Assembly (NCBI GenBank): GCA_965140935.1
Contig: CBCSLL010000171.1
Location: 87,492-144,993, forward strand
DNA from: Rotaria magnacalcarata
Lineage: Eukaryota
DNA: 57,502 nt
Direction: 5' to 3'
Shown here: in pieces, positions 14,181 to 28,730 of the stretch
How the letters are laid out: each line of letters starts with the position of its first letter
How positions within the stretch are numbered: the stretch's first letter is position 1
Notes under the pieces: generated by a model
The model's database searches: none
Seen by the model: only the letters and a program-made list of their open reading frames with translations
Told to the model about the DNA's origin: nothing
Made by a program: the position numbers and the translations under genes

Positions 14181-14439
14181 TTTTTAAAGCAAAAAACAAA
14201 GGAATAAATGATTTCTGTTTTCAAGCGATAATCGAGTCGAAATTATTCTAGAATTGTAGAACTCGTGTTCGGGAATATTCTTATCATTGGATCGATGTCC
14301 TTTGACTGAAAACAGGGACCTCTGAAGTGAAATCAACTTGTGCTGTTTTACTGGTATTTATGAGATTTTAGTTGGAAAAATGGAGATTAAATTAAAACTA
14401 ATAGCATATTCTGAATCAGCAATAAAAACGAAGCAAACC

Positions 14440-14730
14440 TATGTGACTTTCAAATATATTTTAGATAGTTATGATTTTATAAAAAAAAAATTCACCGCTA
14501 CTCCCCTTCAGCGTTTCTCAACCAAAACGCAGATCTTACGAAAACCACCATTTTAGTAGGTTAAACAGACTCCATTTTGCGCTCTACTAGCATTTTACGA
14601 GTGTAGTGCTTGTTGGTGCTCATCAAATTCAATTTTCCCTGAGATTCGCGTTTTGCAACCCCGAGGGGAGTAGGGGTGAATTTTTTGATAAAATCATAAC
14701 TATCTAAAATATATTCGAAAGTCACATAGG
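14440..14730. mobile_element. Small foldback: ~52-bp inverted arms (14440-14492 and 14678-14730) plus weaker internal symmetry. It is immediately followed by hairpin H3.
   Basis: tatgtgactttcaaatatattttagatagttatgattttat... matches the reverse complement of ...ataaaatcataactatctaaaatatattcgaaagtcacatagg. The mirror-image spurious ORFs 14338..14556(+) and 14561..14782(-) reflect the same symmetry. Confidence 0.7.
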
Positions 14731-14733
14731 TTT

Positions 14734-14813
14734 GGGTGTGGGTGTGGGTGTGAACTCTGCATATGGATGTTCGTTTATCCAACCGTCACAACCATACTGA
14801 CACCCACACCCGC
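14734..14813. repeat. Telomeric-repeat hairpin H3: (gggtgt)3g ... cacccacacccgc. It abuts the right end of a foldback element.
   Basis: tttgggtgtgggtgtgggtgtg at 14731-14752 is complementary to cacccacacccgc at 14801-14813. Confidence 0.65.
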
Positions 14814-15946
14814 AGGCTAATTAATAAGAAAATAAATGCGAGTCCTCAGTTTCATATTTTGTTTCCTTTTACTTCTTAAGAGGTGGCATTTTGTTTATTT
14901 AAAACTGTAGGATCAGCTAGAGTGTTGCTTAGGACTAAGTAACATAGTATCGCTTTGCCAGAAAAATGAGACCTACTCAAATACAAAGGTACGAATAAAT
15001 TTAAGCGTCATTGATGAAATCAGGATTATACATAGTAGGAAGGGAATTGACCCCTCTCACTTATGAAATACATGTTTGAAGAATCACACCAAGGGATGTT
15101 CACACGTCTTTGAGAAGAAGTGTCTTCCTGAACATCAAAATACTTGGTTCAAAAATTTTTCAAGGAGGGCTAGTATACATGCTATCCACTGGGACCGCTA
15201 CTGGTAGTTGTCCTCTTAACTTATATTTATCCATTTTGATAACGTCATGAATGAAAAACATTAAGGTCTACCAATTTCGTTTTTTTATAGGCAATTTGAG
15301 CAAAATAACAGAAATATCCTCGAATTCTAAGGAACTCCGTGGGACTCCAAGATGTTGGAGTCTGCCGTGTTTCTCTTTGTCGAACGGACAGAGCTGTCTC
15401 AATTTTTCAGAATTTCTACCTTAGCACTGTCACTTATTTATCAAATTAAAAACTCTTTTCGTCAAAGTGATCAGCAAAGAGAGCTTTACAAAGTCTGAAA
15501 GAAAAAACGAATTTCTGAAAACCTTTTATTTTCATGGCCACCTATAAACTATACAGTATAGTGAACACTTAAATGGGTCCTATCGTAGTGAATGTCTTAA
15601 ATATATCTTTATAGTTGTTCAAGCGCTACATTAAGATTCACATTCTTATGATTTTCATGATATTGGACAATTAGCGACGACGCTCATAATAAAATGCATT
15701 AACGTAGAGCTTCATGAAGTGTGAAAATTTCCATGGTATACCGACTATGTCATCAGCTTGTGCAATAACTCAACGTGCAGAACTGAAAAGAAATATATGA
15801 ACAACATTTGTCTACTCCTCATTTTTTCTCTTTTCCTTTGCATGGAGTAACGCTTAAACACATTAGTTATCACACGATTCTATGGAAAATAGATCATAAA
15901 ATGGATACTTTCGTAGATTGATTCATAAATCATTGATTATTTTAAG

Positions 15947-18900
15947 ATGAAACCAGCTACCACCTCTACTTCATTATTATCACCATTCAATGGCAAAACG
16001 ATTGTACTCGAACTTGGCCATGAAATAGGTTTCAAAGCTAAGCAGGAATTGATGAATTATTTACGAGAACAGCAAGCACATATTTCGTATATTTTGACAG
16101 CTAGTGTATGTTTACGTTTTATTTCATCGAACATGTGGTTGGAGTTAACTTTGTTTTAGACTGATTATGTTTTAGCTATGACTAATGTAGATAGCTACAA
16201 GATACGTCGTGCCAAACGGCTTGGCTTACCAGTGGTGAATGTTGAATATGTACACAAATGTCGTTGTTTGCTACCTGGTCAAACACCTATTGATATTAGC
16301 AAATTTATTATCAAGTCAGCAGAAGACCAAGAAAATTTTATAAAAACCGGCACTATTTCCATGGGAGGTATTAGAAGTTCTTATAAAAATCATGTCAGAC
16401 ATCCTTGTTCATTAGAAACTCGAGCAAACGTGACTAAAACAAATAAATTCGATTTGACTAAAATCAAACTGTGGAATTCGGACGACGTCAATTTGCCTCG
16501 TTTCGATGAGCTGACACATTGTGAGATTGGCAGATGGGCGATTTTCAAAGTAGATTTGTATTAATTTCTAGATATTATTCTCTTATATTTCTACTGTTCA
16601 TAACAGGAAACCAATGATAATTTAAGTGTGTTTTTTGTTCTTGAACTTCAAGTTATTCCCGAAGAGTACTACGATCGAACAACGAGTGATTATCAACTAC
16701 GATTTAGATATGAAAAACAGACTATTATTGGCGAAGTTTCACAGCACGATAAAAGAGTATTGGTACAATACGCATTCAGTGATGATCCAAACGAGCAACA
16801 ACAATTGTTTGCGTCGTTCTATTATCGTGTGGCTGCAATGCCACGTATAACACGAATTAATGAGATGTTACCTAACAAATTAGGGTCAAAATTATTATTA
16901 CGCGTATGTAAATGACATTGATAAAAAAGATAATTTATTTTTAAGCAAAGAAGAAATTGTTTTTAGTCTTTATTTACACAACGTATCGACACACAAATAC
17001 TCGATGAAAATGTATGTCAATTGATTGAATCGATTTGGTTAGAATCGATTGGTGATCTCAATAAAATTTTGAGCATATCACCTGAATCGATTACTCTCAG
17101 AACAGTATGTATACACATTCATCTGGCTACATTCATATTAGTTTGTGTTCTAAACAACCAAATAGATCATTGAGGCCGAAGCTGCACTGCTTGAAGTCAA
17201 ATCGACCAACAATCCTGCTGCTGCACTTCGTTTCTATTCATTTATACCACATCGACCAGAGTACAATATTGATCTGATCAAGAATCGCCGAGCGTTGATC
17301 GAAAAAATAGATCTATGTCAAGTATGTGTATTTCTTTTTGAATTGTTTTACTTGATCCGTTACGTGTTCAGATGCTTCGAGATATGCTTACAGTCAACGA
17401 ACTGACCAATTGGAATGTTAAAGCACCAATCGAAGCTAAATATCGAGCATTGAAATGTCATATTGAAACAGTAGCTAGTTCAACAATCGACTTTAGGAAT
17501 ATTGCTAAGCTCATTCAGTCGTCGACTAATAGGTGAGAAAATTTAACATTCTATTTCATAATGATAGCTTATTTGCTTTTTATTTATTAGTGGCGAAGAA
17601 ATTTTAATTCACAACATATTCAGTGTGACTAAACAGACAGATGCACTCAATTTTCGTAGAACACTATCCCACCAATGGCAGCTATTTCATGGATCGAAAT
17701 ACGTCAATATCCTTGGAATTCTTTCACGGTAAAATACTCATTTCGTTCTCTAGACAACATTTATATGGCGGTGGTGTGTGCATTCAGTGGTTTAGTCATG
17801 CCTAAAATTGTAGTGGAACAATTGGGTGTTGAACGTACTGATGTGGGTTGTCTTGGTTATGGGATCTATTTTTCTGATTCTGCGTCGACGTCTTTGAAAT
17901 ATACGACAGCAAGTGCAATACGATCAGGTCGTCGTTTGTTATGCATTTGTCAAGTAGCACTTGGTGAATCAGCCAATTACTATTCATTTTCGCCGACTCT
18001 CACCAAACCTCCTGATGGTTTTCATAGTACACATGGAGTCAAACGAACAGAAGAAAATCAATCAAAGTTCACTGTAACTGAAATTTTTACAAGGACTTAT
18101 TAACTATGATAATATTTCACAAATCTACTTTTTGTTCTATCGAAATAGGATAATGAATATGCAATCTATCAAGTTGAACAACAACGTTTACTTTATATTG
18201 TGGAAGTTTCATGGTCGCCGATTGATGCACCCAATATCACTTTAGAACGATTACCTATTGTTCACCATCAAGAACATGCATTGAAATTAAGTGAGCACGG
18301 TAATGATAAGCTATGCTTTCTTGCTGGAATAAAAAATTGACTAAATTTTTCTCAAAATATTCTAGCTGAAGTTCCATTAACGATGGAGGATGAAATCATT
18401 GAAGTAGCCGAAAGAGACTATGGTTTGATATGTTCATCATCGAGAGACCTGGTACCACTTAAATCATTTCATATTCGTGCTCAAATTGTTGATGTTACAG
18501 TTGAAGTAATTATATCTATGTTTCGATTGAAGTGAAACACTAATTCATCATGTTTCTATCTGATGAAAAGGTTGTTCTCTATCAAGTCTATCATAATACG
18601 AGTTCGATACCGATTGAAGCTAAGTATGTGTTTCCTCTTGATGAAAATTCAACTGTATGTGGTTTTGAAGCACATATTAACAATAAAGTTATCAAAGGTG
18701 TTGTTAAAGAGAAAGAACAAGCTAAATGAGAGTATAGAGAAGCAATTGAAAAGGGTCATGGCGCCTATTTAATGCATCAAGAAGAGGCTCAAGTGTTCAG
18801 CGTTGCGGTTGGTAATTTGCCAGCGCATACTGAAGTTATCATCAAAATAATCTATGTTGCCGAATTAGAAATTGAAAATGGTGACATTATTTTCCGCCTT

Positions 18901-21337
18901 CCAGCTAAAATGACTTCATGGCAATCGAAAAAAGCTGTCGAAACCAAAGATCAATCGATTTTACGATCGATTGGTATTGCCGATGAAAAAGTTGAATTCA
19001 GTTTCAAAGCATCGATTCGAATGCCCTATAAAATAACAAAATTATTTTCACCAACACATCGTCTACGTCGGAAAGTAACCGACTGTATAGCTATGATTGA
19101 ACTTGTTGATAATGTCTTAATTGACCAAGATTTTATTCTTTCGATCACACTCAATAGTCCTAACTTACCTCGAATATCAAATGAAACTTTGTCATTGGAT
19201 GACAACAGTGGAACAACTGACACATCGAACAGCCATCATTCTCAAGCATGCATGCTTACCTTCTATCCACGATTCGAAACATTGACGAATTCGAAAGAAC
19301 AAATTGAAATTATTTTCATTGTTGACGTATCAAATTCAATGGACGGCAGTCATGTACAGCAAGCTAAACAGTTAGCTCATTTGTTTCTTACGAATTTGAA
19401 AGTTGGCGATGAAAATACATATTTCAATGTAATTACTTTTGGATCAGGTAATAAGATGATATTCTACAGCGTTATTGCGCACTTTAAATACTATAACACT
19501 TTGAAAATATCATTTGATTCTGATGAAAGTTCGCACACAAAATCGCCTCATCAATATTTCCTGCATTTTTCTATGCGAACATTGACCTATACCGGTTACG
19601 TGGAGGCACTTTCCGGTCCTCTAGTGCTATATTATGGAAATCAATTGAAATATTATAGTGAAGTAATATTAAGGCATACACAATGGTAAGTTGCCTCAAC
19701 TTAGTTTCTGGTGTTTAGAAACAGGCACCTAAATGTTACAAGATTTTGCACAGTCAAGGAGATCTAATGGATGGTCTTGATCCATGCTAAGTGATATATA
19801 CCATTCGATAGAAAATTTTACGGGGTACAAAATGGCCAGTCTAGATAGGATGGGTCATCATAACCAGTCTAGTTACTTTTTGAAGTACATATAATATTCG
19901 GATCTAAATCGAATGTCTCTACTTTTATTTTACTATTGAAATTGCGACTATTTAGATAACGATGAATGTTTTCCTATGTCAGCACCGACTACAAAAGAAA
20001 ATCTGGATAAAGCCAAACACTATGTTCTAGTTAGTAGTTAATTTTTTGAATCTGATTTTTCTATTGAAATATCCGTTTTCATAAATTCTAGCATGCACGT
20101 GTCCATCGTGGTAATACGGATCTATTTGCTGTTCTTCAACGTTTTTCATTATTACGATCGTCGTTATCGTCGAAATTTGGCCGTCAAATCATTCTCTTAT
20201 CCGATGGACATATTCACGACCTGAATTCAATTCTGGCTCTACTCAAACATCGACCAACTATGCGTCGTGATCGTTTGTTTACATGCTCAATTGGTAATGT
20301 TGCAAACAAACATGTTTTGAAACAGTTAGCTAATGGAGCAAATGGAGGTGGTCTAACAATAGTATTCGATTCAAACTATCGATCGAAGTGGAAAACAAAA
20401 ATATTTAACATCCTCGAACAGGTTCGACAACCGTGTGTTACAAATATATCAATAGATTGGCATGGTTGTTTGAATAAAGAGCAAAAATTCAATACGCAAT
20501 CACCGAAAATGATTCGATCTTTGTTCAATGGAATGCGACTTACTGTTTATCGATTCATAGAAAATTGTCACAAGGCAACATTGGCGGCTACTATTGACGA
20601 ACAAGAATTTGTTACGACTGTATTTAGTAGTGCAATGACAACGACCAGAGGACGTATTTTACACTGTCTAACCACTCGAGCGATTATTGATGATTATGAC
20701 AACGGGCTATTGGATGTCGACGAGAGCGAAAACGAATTGATCAAAGTTCAATACAAACGAGATCTCATCGATCTCAGCATCAAGCATTCTGTTGTCAGTA
20801 CATACACTAGTTTTGTTGCCATCGAAGAACGTGATGTCAACACGGATATAAAAATCCTTCCACCAGGTCAGTAATATAATAGCAGAAAAGTAAAAATGTA
20901 TCTATATGTTTCTTACACTATGGATCCAGAATCTTACTAGCATCAAAATTGAAGTATCTACATCACTATTGAAACATGTACTTTATGTTATAGGTGTTCG
21001 TTTGCTTGAAGTTATGGTGGAACGCGATGTTGACTTACTGCCATACATGGAATGGGATGGTGATGTTTCAAATTTGACTATAATCAAACAGAAATTGGTC
21101 GATGCGCGTATTTCACTCGAATGTGCATCGATTCAGGGAAAAAAAGAAACAATTACTGATATTGAAAAATTTTGTCAAAAAGTTTCCTATCGAGCAGGTG
21201 GTGATGCAAAATTTGCTATCATGATGGCTATCATACGCACATATCGATATTCATTGAACGATTACGATAAAGCAGTTGAATTAAAAGACAAAATGCGAAA
21301 GGGTACGCTAATTAATCTAGGACCAAAATCTGAATAA
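15947..21337 (+). CDS. PARP4: PARP4 / vault poly(ADP-ribose) polymerase orthologue with BRCT, PARP helical and catalytic, VIT and VWA domains plus a C-terminal region. Approximate exons: 15947-16103, 16191-~16372, ~16628-16898, 16967-17104, 17166-17321, 17372-17532, 17591-17728, 17788-18073, 18149-18299, 18366-18515, 18571-19447, 19956-20032, 20092-20866, 20994-21337.
   Basis: An N-terminal BRCT-like segment (KTIVLELGHEIGFKAKQELMNYL...SYKIRRAKRLGLPVVNVEYVHKC) is followed by the PARP signature LFHGSKYVNILGILSR|GLVMPKIVVEQLGVERTDVGCLGYGIYFSDSASTS...ICQVALGE and DNEYAIYQVEQ. The VIT domain reads VVLYQVYHNTSSIPIEAKYVFPLDENSTVCGFEAHINNKV...GHGAYLMHQEEAQVFSVAVGNLP. The VWA domain reads IEIIFIVDVSNSMDG...NVITFGSG...GNTDLFAVL...ILLSDGH. 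The C-terminal parts FVAIEERDVNTDIKILPPG and DVDLLPYMEWDGD match my memory of human PARP4 (FVAVEKRDENESPFPDIP; DVDFLPYMSWQGE). Introns of 50-90 nt were chained by phase. The exon 2-3 region is uncertain. Confidence 0.8.
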
Positions 21338-21365
21338 ATCGAATTTAAAAAATGAATAGATATAA

Positions 21366-21775
21366 TGACCGAAATGATTAGTGCAACCGTAGAAGAACGA
21401 CAAGCATTACAGCAACAATGTCTAGAGAACAATTTAATAATCACAGATGGCGAGTTGTAAGTGAAAGAAAGGAAAGAAACATTTAACAATTATTTTGTGT
21501 ATTTTTTCTCTTGCAGTGAATCATTGGTTAAATACGATGGTAAGCAGGAAACTTAATCATTCTACTTCGGAAATCTTAAACAAGAGAAAGAAAGTGATTC
21601 TATAATTTAGACGAAAATTAAAAACTAAGAGCACGCTATTCTTCATCAAGGCAATTGACAAAAATAATTTCATGATTATTTTGGTTTCTGTATATCATAG
21701 CCTCTGAGCAATTTGATTAAGATATGACAGAGTAAAATATAGCTTTTCTATCCAACTTTTAATCTTAGACCTGTG

Positions 21776-21812
<37 letters not shown>

Positions 21813-22320
21813 ACGTAGTACAATTTCAAAAAAAGGATTTGAGTAAAACGATAAAATAAAGTATTGTTTTAATCGTGATGGATCCAAGAAAAATCTTGAT
21901 AATTGCATAACATGTCCACATTGCGTATATTGATCTTCGACAGACTTATGAGGGAAGACCGCTAGTGATAAGTAGCTTTTTAAATTTTAGTCATGCCAAT
22001 TTGTAGAGTTTGTTGAGCTATTAACTGATATGATAATCATTCGAACCAACAATGTGACTGTAGAGTAATCATATTGCATTTTTGAAGTTCTAACGGTGGT
22101 AGAAAATCATTTTAGAACGCTTTGCTAAAAAGACATTAAATGGAATCACTTGGATGTTTTGAAAGAATTATGATCTAAATTTAAACCCCGACCTGTAGTA
22201 AATAGAACATTTAAAGTTCATCACAATGAATATCGCGCTGAAAAAGTGAAGATGGTTTTCAAAGCAATATTTATATTTCATTTTCATAGATTTGATTCGT
22301 ATGCTTGGAGCTGATTTCAA
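21366..22320 (+). CDS. Possible small multi-exon gene (exons ~21366-21455, 21516-21538, 22258-22320, ...) encoding MTEMISATVEERQALQQQCLENNLIITDGEF|ESLVKYD|DLIRMLGADFKDLTTVEQMEK. Product unknown; it may instead be a 3' extension of PARP4.
   Basis: ATG at 21366 is followed by a strong donor tt|GTAAGTG at 21456. Acceptor tcttgcAG at 21514-15 and donor g|GTAAGC at 21539 are phase-compatible with the acceptor at ttcatAG (22256-57) and donor AAG|GTAAGA at 22321. Confidence 0.25.
21776..21812. repeat. (TC)n microsatellite, about 18 units.
   Basis: Read directly. Confidence 0.9.
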
Positions 22321-24189
22321 GGATTTAACAACAGTTGAACAAATGGAGAAGGTAAGAAAGTTATGCACTATGGTGTGTCAAATCAATATTGCCTATAAGA
22401 ATAATGTCGAAAATTGAATATTTCTTTGTCAGTTACGTGAAGTACCCGATTTTATTTGATGAATTATTTATACCAACAGCAGCACCAGACCCATCAACAA
22501 TACCTAAAAACCAATTTCCAACTACAGATAACATGAGGATAAAGGTGCGCGAATGAAAGAGGGATCATCACCACAGCTACACCCTGACTGAGAAACAAAT
22601 TTTCCTATCATGATCTGTCGTTTGCAGTAAAATTAACTCCAAAATACTTTATGCAGTCGAGTTGACATTGATACCGATGCTAAACTGTTGTGTATAAAGA
22701 GTGTAGTAAACAATAGAGCACAAAACATCAAGCTGTGGGCGAGTCGTAGGTGGTGCCAAAATCCATAAAGAATCTATACCAAAGTCGGATAAATCTTTTG
22801 CTACAACATACGCATGTTTCAGGATAATATTAAATTAAAGGCGGCATTGATAGTACTTAGATGTAATTATTCATCTGTTAAGTAACATGATTTAGTGATT
22901 AAAAACAAAATTGAGCTTTATTCAGGGTAATCGTATGTGAAAATCTGATAGTTTTTCTAAAAACTTTTGTAAATATCTGAAAGGAAAAGAAGAACAATTT
23001 ATTAAGAAAACGACGGCTTCGATTGATATAAATACAAGATATATGCATTTCGAAAGAAAAGACTTCACCGCATATCTCTTTAGGGAACAACTCATTTTTG
23101 CTTTAGAAGAAAACAATCAACTTCTTTTAAGAGATCTATTGATTTTTTGTTTATACAAGGTCTTCAGGACTATTAGCATAATAAATCAAATAGGAAAATC
23201 TTATTTTGATATTTTTCACATTAAATTGAGTTGAAAATATATTTACAGCACGAGAAGCATGCCATGCGCAATGAAGTTTAGCCTTTTACGTTAAGAAGCG
23301 TGATCTTTAGTTACTTATTTTCTCAATCTCTAAGCTTCTGTCATCAAGATTTTTTTCAAGTTAAGAAAATACACGAGTATTAGAAATGATTTCTCTAAAA
23401 AAATTATGTAAAGTGTCATGTACTACAGAAAGCATACTTGAAAACAAAAGCAAACATTTAACTAGAATATCAGTTGAATTTCATCGTTAAGATATTTCTG
23501 ATAGAATCTACATATTACTTCATGTTTTAGTTCTATGTTGAGTTTAAATATTGTATTCGTTTTATTTTGCAATAAATCTTCCAAGCAGAAATTCTAAAAA
23601 GATGAAGGTTCTCGAAGTTTTGAATTGAAAGTGCCATAGTTATATTTCTAAAACAAGATTCTTTTCGCATAAGCAGCACTTAAAAACAACTGTAGCATCG
23701 CTTTCACTCAGAAACTTGTAACAATAGTACTAAAAAATATTTGTTTGAATGTTTAATTCAGGTACAAGAGCCTTTTATTGTCATTGTAGAGAAATACTCA
23801 AGAAGTAATGAATGAGTATTTTGTTGTTCTACTTTTAGTCGATATCTTCTGTACTTGAAGACCGTGTTTGCTTTTAGAGGAGAAATCTGAGTTAGAAGAG
23901 GGTTCATGACAAAAATTGTTACAATTGATAGAATTAGGAGACGATTGGAATAATATTGATTTGAGCTTTTTGGAACGTATGGACGAGACAGCCCATTGAG
24001 AATATAGTAGAGGTACGACAATTGTATATCAGTTTCGCTATTGAAAGCTGTTTGACAGTTCTTTTGATCGAAACTGATCTTGTCCCACAGTTCTTTGATA
24101 GGAACTGATCTATGTCACAATCGATTTGTTGCAACCTGATTGACCCTAGTTAATCAGACTTCTTCAACTTGAAATTCCAGCGAATCACA

Positions 24190-24640
24190 CATTTTCGATA
24201 TTGGACTTTCGACCAAATAGATTCTTTCAGCTTGGAGGCGCAGTCTACGAAGAGTTTTCAATATTGAACTTTGGAGCAATCTGTCGTGCAATCGAGCTGT
24301 GCCAATATTTTCTAGGTGAATACCTCGTTCCACTAGATTTTGAGGAGATCATGCATTTTAATAAACGTTATTTGTAGAGAACATCGAAAATTTTACAGTG
24401 ACGTTCCAGTAACATCGATATATGCGCCTTTGTCTCCTTATTTTGAGTTAGTGAAACACCATTGGGTTTAGTTGTGAATACAGGAGAATGAACTATTGTG
24501 GAAGTAGATTTCAATATGAGTGAGGATAGTCGCAGGTGGCGCCTTGGGAGCGGCGACGAACGACTAGCCGCGCATTTCCGGAGTGAATTGCAAGTAGAAA
24601 GATCTAGAAAAGAAAGGTGTAAAGTGTGGTTCACAATAAA
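24190..24640. repeat. Dispersed repeat copy 1 (diverged, ~70-75% similar to copy 2 at 27665-28100). It contains the orphan EF-hand exon fragment and is preceded by internal ~75-bp tandem-like units at 24010-24140.
   Basis: Shared strings include cagtgacgttccagtaacatcg...gcctttgtctccttattttgagttagtgaaacacc...ttgtgaatacaggagaatgaactattgtggaag versus cagcgacgtttcactagcg...gcctttgcctgcttattgtcag...gttgtgaatacgggagaataagttattgtgaaag. Confidence 0.55.
24235..24345 (+). pseudogene. Orphan calmodulin-like terminal EF-hand exon fragment (reads GGAVYEEFSILNF...). It lies inside a dispersed repeat that recurs downstream of the calmodulin-like gene.
   Basis: The frame ctt gga ggc gca gtc tac gaa gag ttt translates to a degenerate EF-hand 4 tail (compare the calmodulin tail DGDGQVNYEEFVTMM). 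The homologous position in repeat copy 2 (27700-27760) is decayed to NYGFSVLEFL*. Confidence 0.3.
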
Positions 24641-25127
24641 ATCTGCTGTTTTCGGAAATTTGTATCGAGATTTCTTCTATTTTTTCTCTACAAGAAATGC
24701 GCCTATTATGTAATGCTTTACCTATTCATTGCCACAATGAACATTGGCTATCGGAAAGGAAGTAGTAGAGGCTTTTACATTCCGACTTTAGGCCATCACA
24801 TGGTTTTCTTTGAAAATTCTTCGAGTGAGAAATCAAACGTCAACATGGAAGTGACTAGCCGTGAATGGTGCTCCGAAAGAGCTCTGACAAAAAACTAGAT
24901 GCTTATCTATATAAATCATCACAGTTATGTTTCACATTGTGCAGTACCCTATAGAAAACTTACATCAGGGATACCCGAAAGTGATGGTGACACAGTAGAA
25001 CACTCTTATAGAAGGTTTTAAGAAATATTCTTCTTTCATTTGATGATAGAGAAAATGAAACTCTATTTTTCTATGCTGCTTTGTTCCTATTCGACTGGTG
25101 CCATAATAAAAAGATTTCGATAGAAAT

Positions 25128-25668
25128 TGTTGTTGTTGAAAATTTAACTAACAATTGAAGCAGATTAAATTAGCTACGCTTCCATTTCAATTTTCAATCA
25201 GTTAGATGTTCGCTTGCCTATCTCCTATCTCTCCTTTATTTCCCAGAAAACATTGACTATATGAGATAAAAAAGAGGAATTTCCCTTCGTATGAAAAACA
25301 ATGATTTTTCGAGGTAGTCGCTGAGAATTTTACGCTTTTTTAAAAAGAATAAGTATGCAATTAGACTATGTGGTCTCATATAGATGGTAGGATTTTTCAT
25401 GCGGCATCATGTGATGTACTTTGCTTCTTTTAAATAGAAGATATCAGGTGATAAACATATGTAATGAAAACACATGAATTTATCTTGTACGAAAAAGATA
25501 TCGTTTTCAGACGGTCAAAAATTGGTTGCTGAAACTTCTAGAGCTTTTCACGTTGCACCTTACGGTACATTTTCATTTTTTAAATACAATATATTAGGCG
25601 ATTGACAGTTGAAACAGAAAACGAAGCAATTTAATCTGCTTCAAGTGTTAGTTAAATTTTCAACAACA
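25128..25668. repeat. Inverted repeat with ~45-bp arms (25128-25172 and 25618-25668) separated by ~445 bp. It lies just upstream of calmodulin-like exon 2, in the putative first intron or promoter region.
   Basis: gttgttgttgaaaatttaactaacaattgaagcagattaaatt matches the reverse complement of aatttaatctgcttcaagtgttagttaaattttcaacaacagc. Confidence 0.7.
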
Positions 25669-25766
25669 GCGATTCCTGTTGAAATTTTATTACTATGATA
25701 TCAGTCGAATAGAGATGAAACGGCATAGAAAAACTTTTGTGTACCCCTAAGTATTATTCATTCTAG

Positions 25767-27627
<1,861 letters not shown>

Positions 27628-27664
27628 GTAAGATCAAAGGAAGATCTATTTGAAGAACAATGTA

Positions 27665-28100
27665 CAGGTTTCTTCGATAACTAGCTTTCGTCCAATCAGA
27701 GTATTCCAGCTTGGAATCAAAACCAATTACGGTTTTTCAGTATTGGAGTTCTTATGAATAAAATTGCGTCTGTTTGAAATTTCAGTTGTTGAAACGTTCT
27801 TCAGGAAAAAACAAACGACAATTTCACAGCGACGTTTCACTAGCGTAAACATAAAGCATTTTGTTTATAGATATATGTGCCTTTGCCTGCTTATTGTCAG
27901 GTACCTATAGAGGACTCTTCCATCATAAATCCTTGAATTGTTTTCAGTTAGCGAAACACGAATCTGTTTGGTTGTGAATACGGGAGAATAAGTTATTGTG
28001 AAAGTAACATTCAACATGGGGATTCCATTAATAAAAAAACTCCACTTTAACGCAGTTTTATAGCAAGATCGAGAAAAGAAAGGTTAGAACTGTGTTAGAA
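27665..28100. repeat. Dispersed repeat copy 2, immediately 3' of calmodulin-like exon 5.
   Basis: See copy 1. Confidence 0.55.
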
Positions 28101-28624
28101 AGTAGCAATAGACCGAAAAAGTTCTTGTTAAACTATCTGCGGTTTTGGCATCTTTTTCAGCTATTGCACATTTGACTGAAGCACATCGAAAATGTTGTGT
28201 ACATATTTCTTCCAGAGATGACCATGGCTTGCGTTCGTAAATTTTGAACCCAAGTGAAACTCGGAGAAATTCAACTACAGCTAAACAACTAGCTGCCTCT
28301 TTCCAGTTCAAAAATAGCTCAAAATTCAAAAAAAAGATATGCATCAAGATACAGAAAAATACAGATAGACTTCATCTGAATTATAAAACATAGCAAGTTA
28401 GCCTATTTTCCATCATTTTGATGCCTTCTAGCAGTTTTCAGAAAACTGTTTTCTCAGATGACTCCAAAGTAGTAAAAATTGAAAGTAATCCACGTAAGTA
28501 CCATTCATATCTCATTTGATAGAGTATATAGTGGTAGTAAAAATCTCAAAAGCGCTTTGGTCTATGGCTTTTGGAAAGTTATACCCGTTCTAGTGAATTT
28601 TTGACCTATTCCTAGGTGCGCACT

Positions 28625-28730
28625 AAAAAGATAAAATTAAGCAATTTCGATCTGAAACGTTGCCCACGGATTAGTCTAAGAACCCTTATAATATCCTGAA
28701 AGTTTCAGATCGAACTTACTTAATTTGATT
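28625..28730. repeat. Short inverted repeat (~30-bp arms: ttaagcaatttcgatctgaaacg / cagatcgaacttacttaatttg).
   Basis: Read directly. Confidence 0.4.

Noticed and set aside
18727-18729. Interpreting the in-frame TGA in PARP4 as selenocysteine.
   Set aside because: There is no obvious SECIS-like context and PARP4 is not a known selenoprotein. A nonsense mutation or a base-call error is far more likely.
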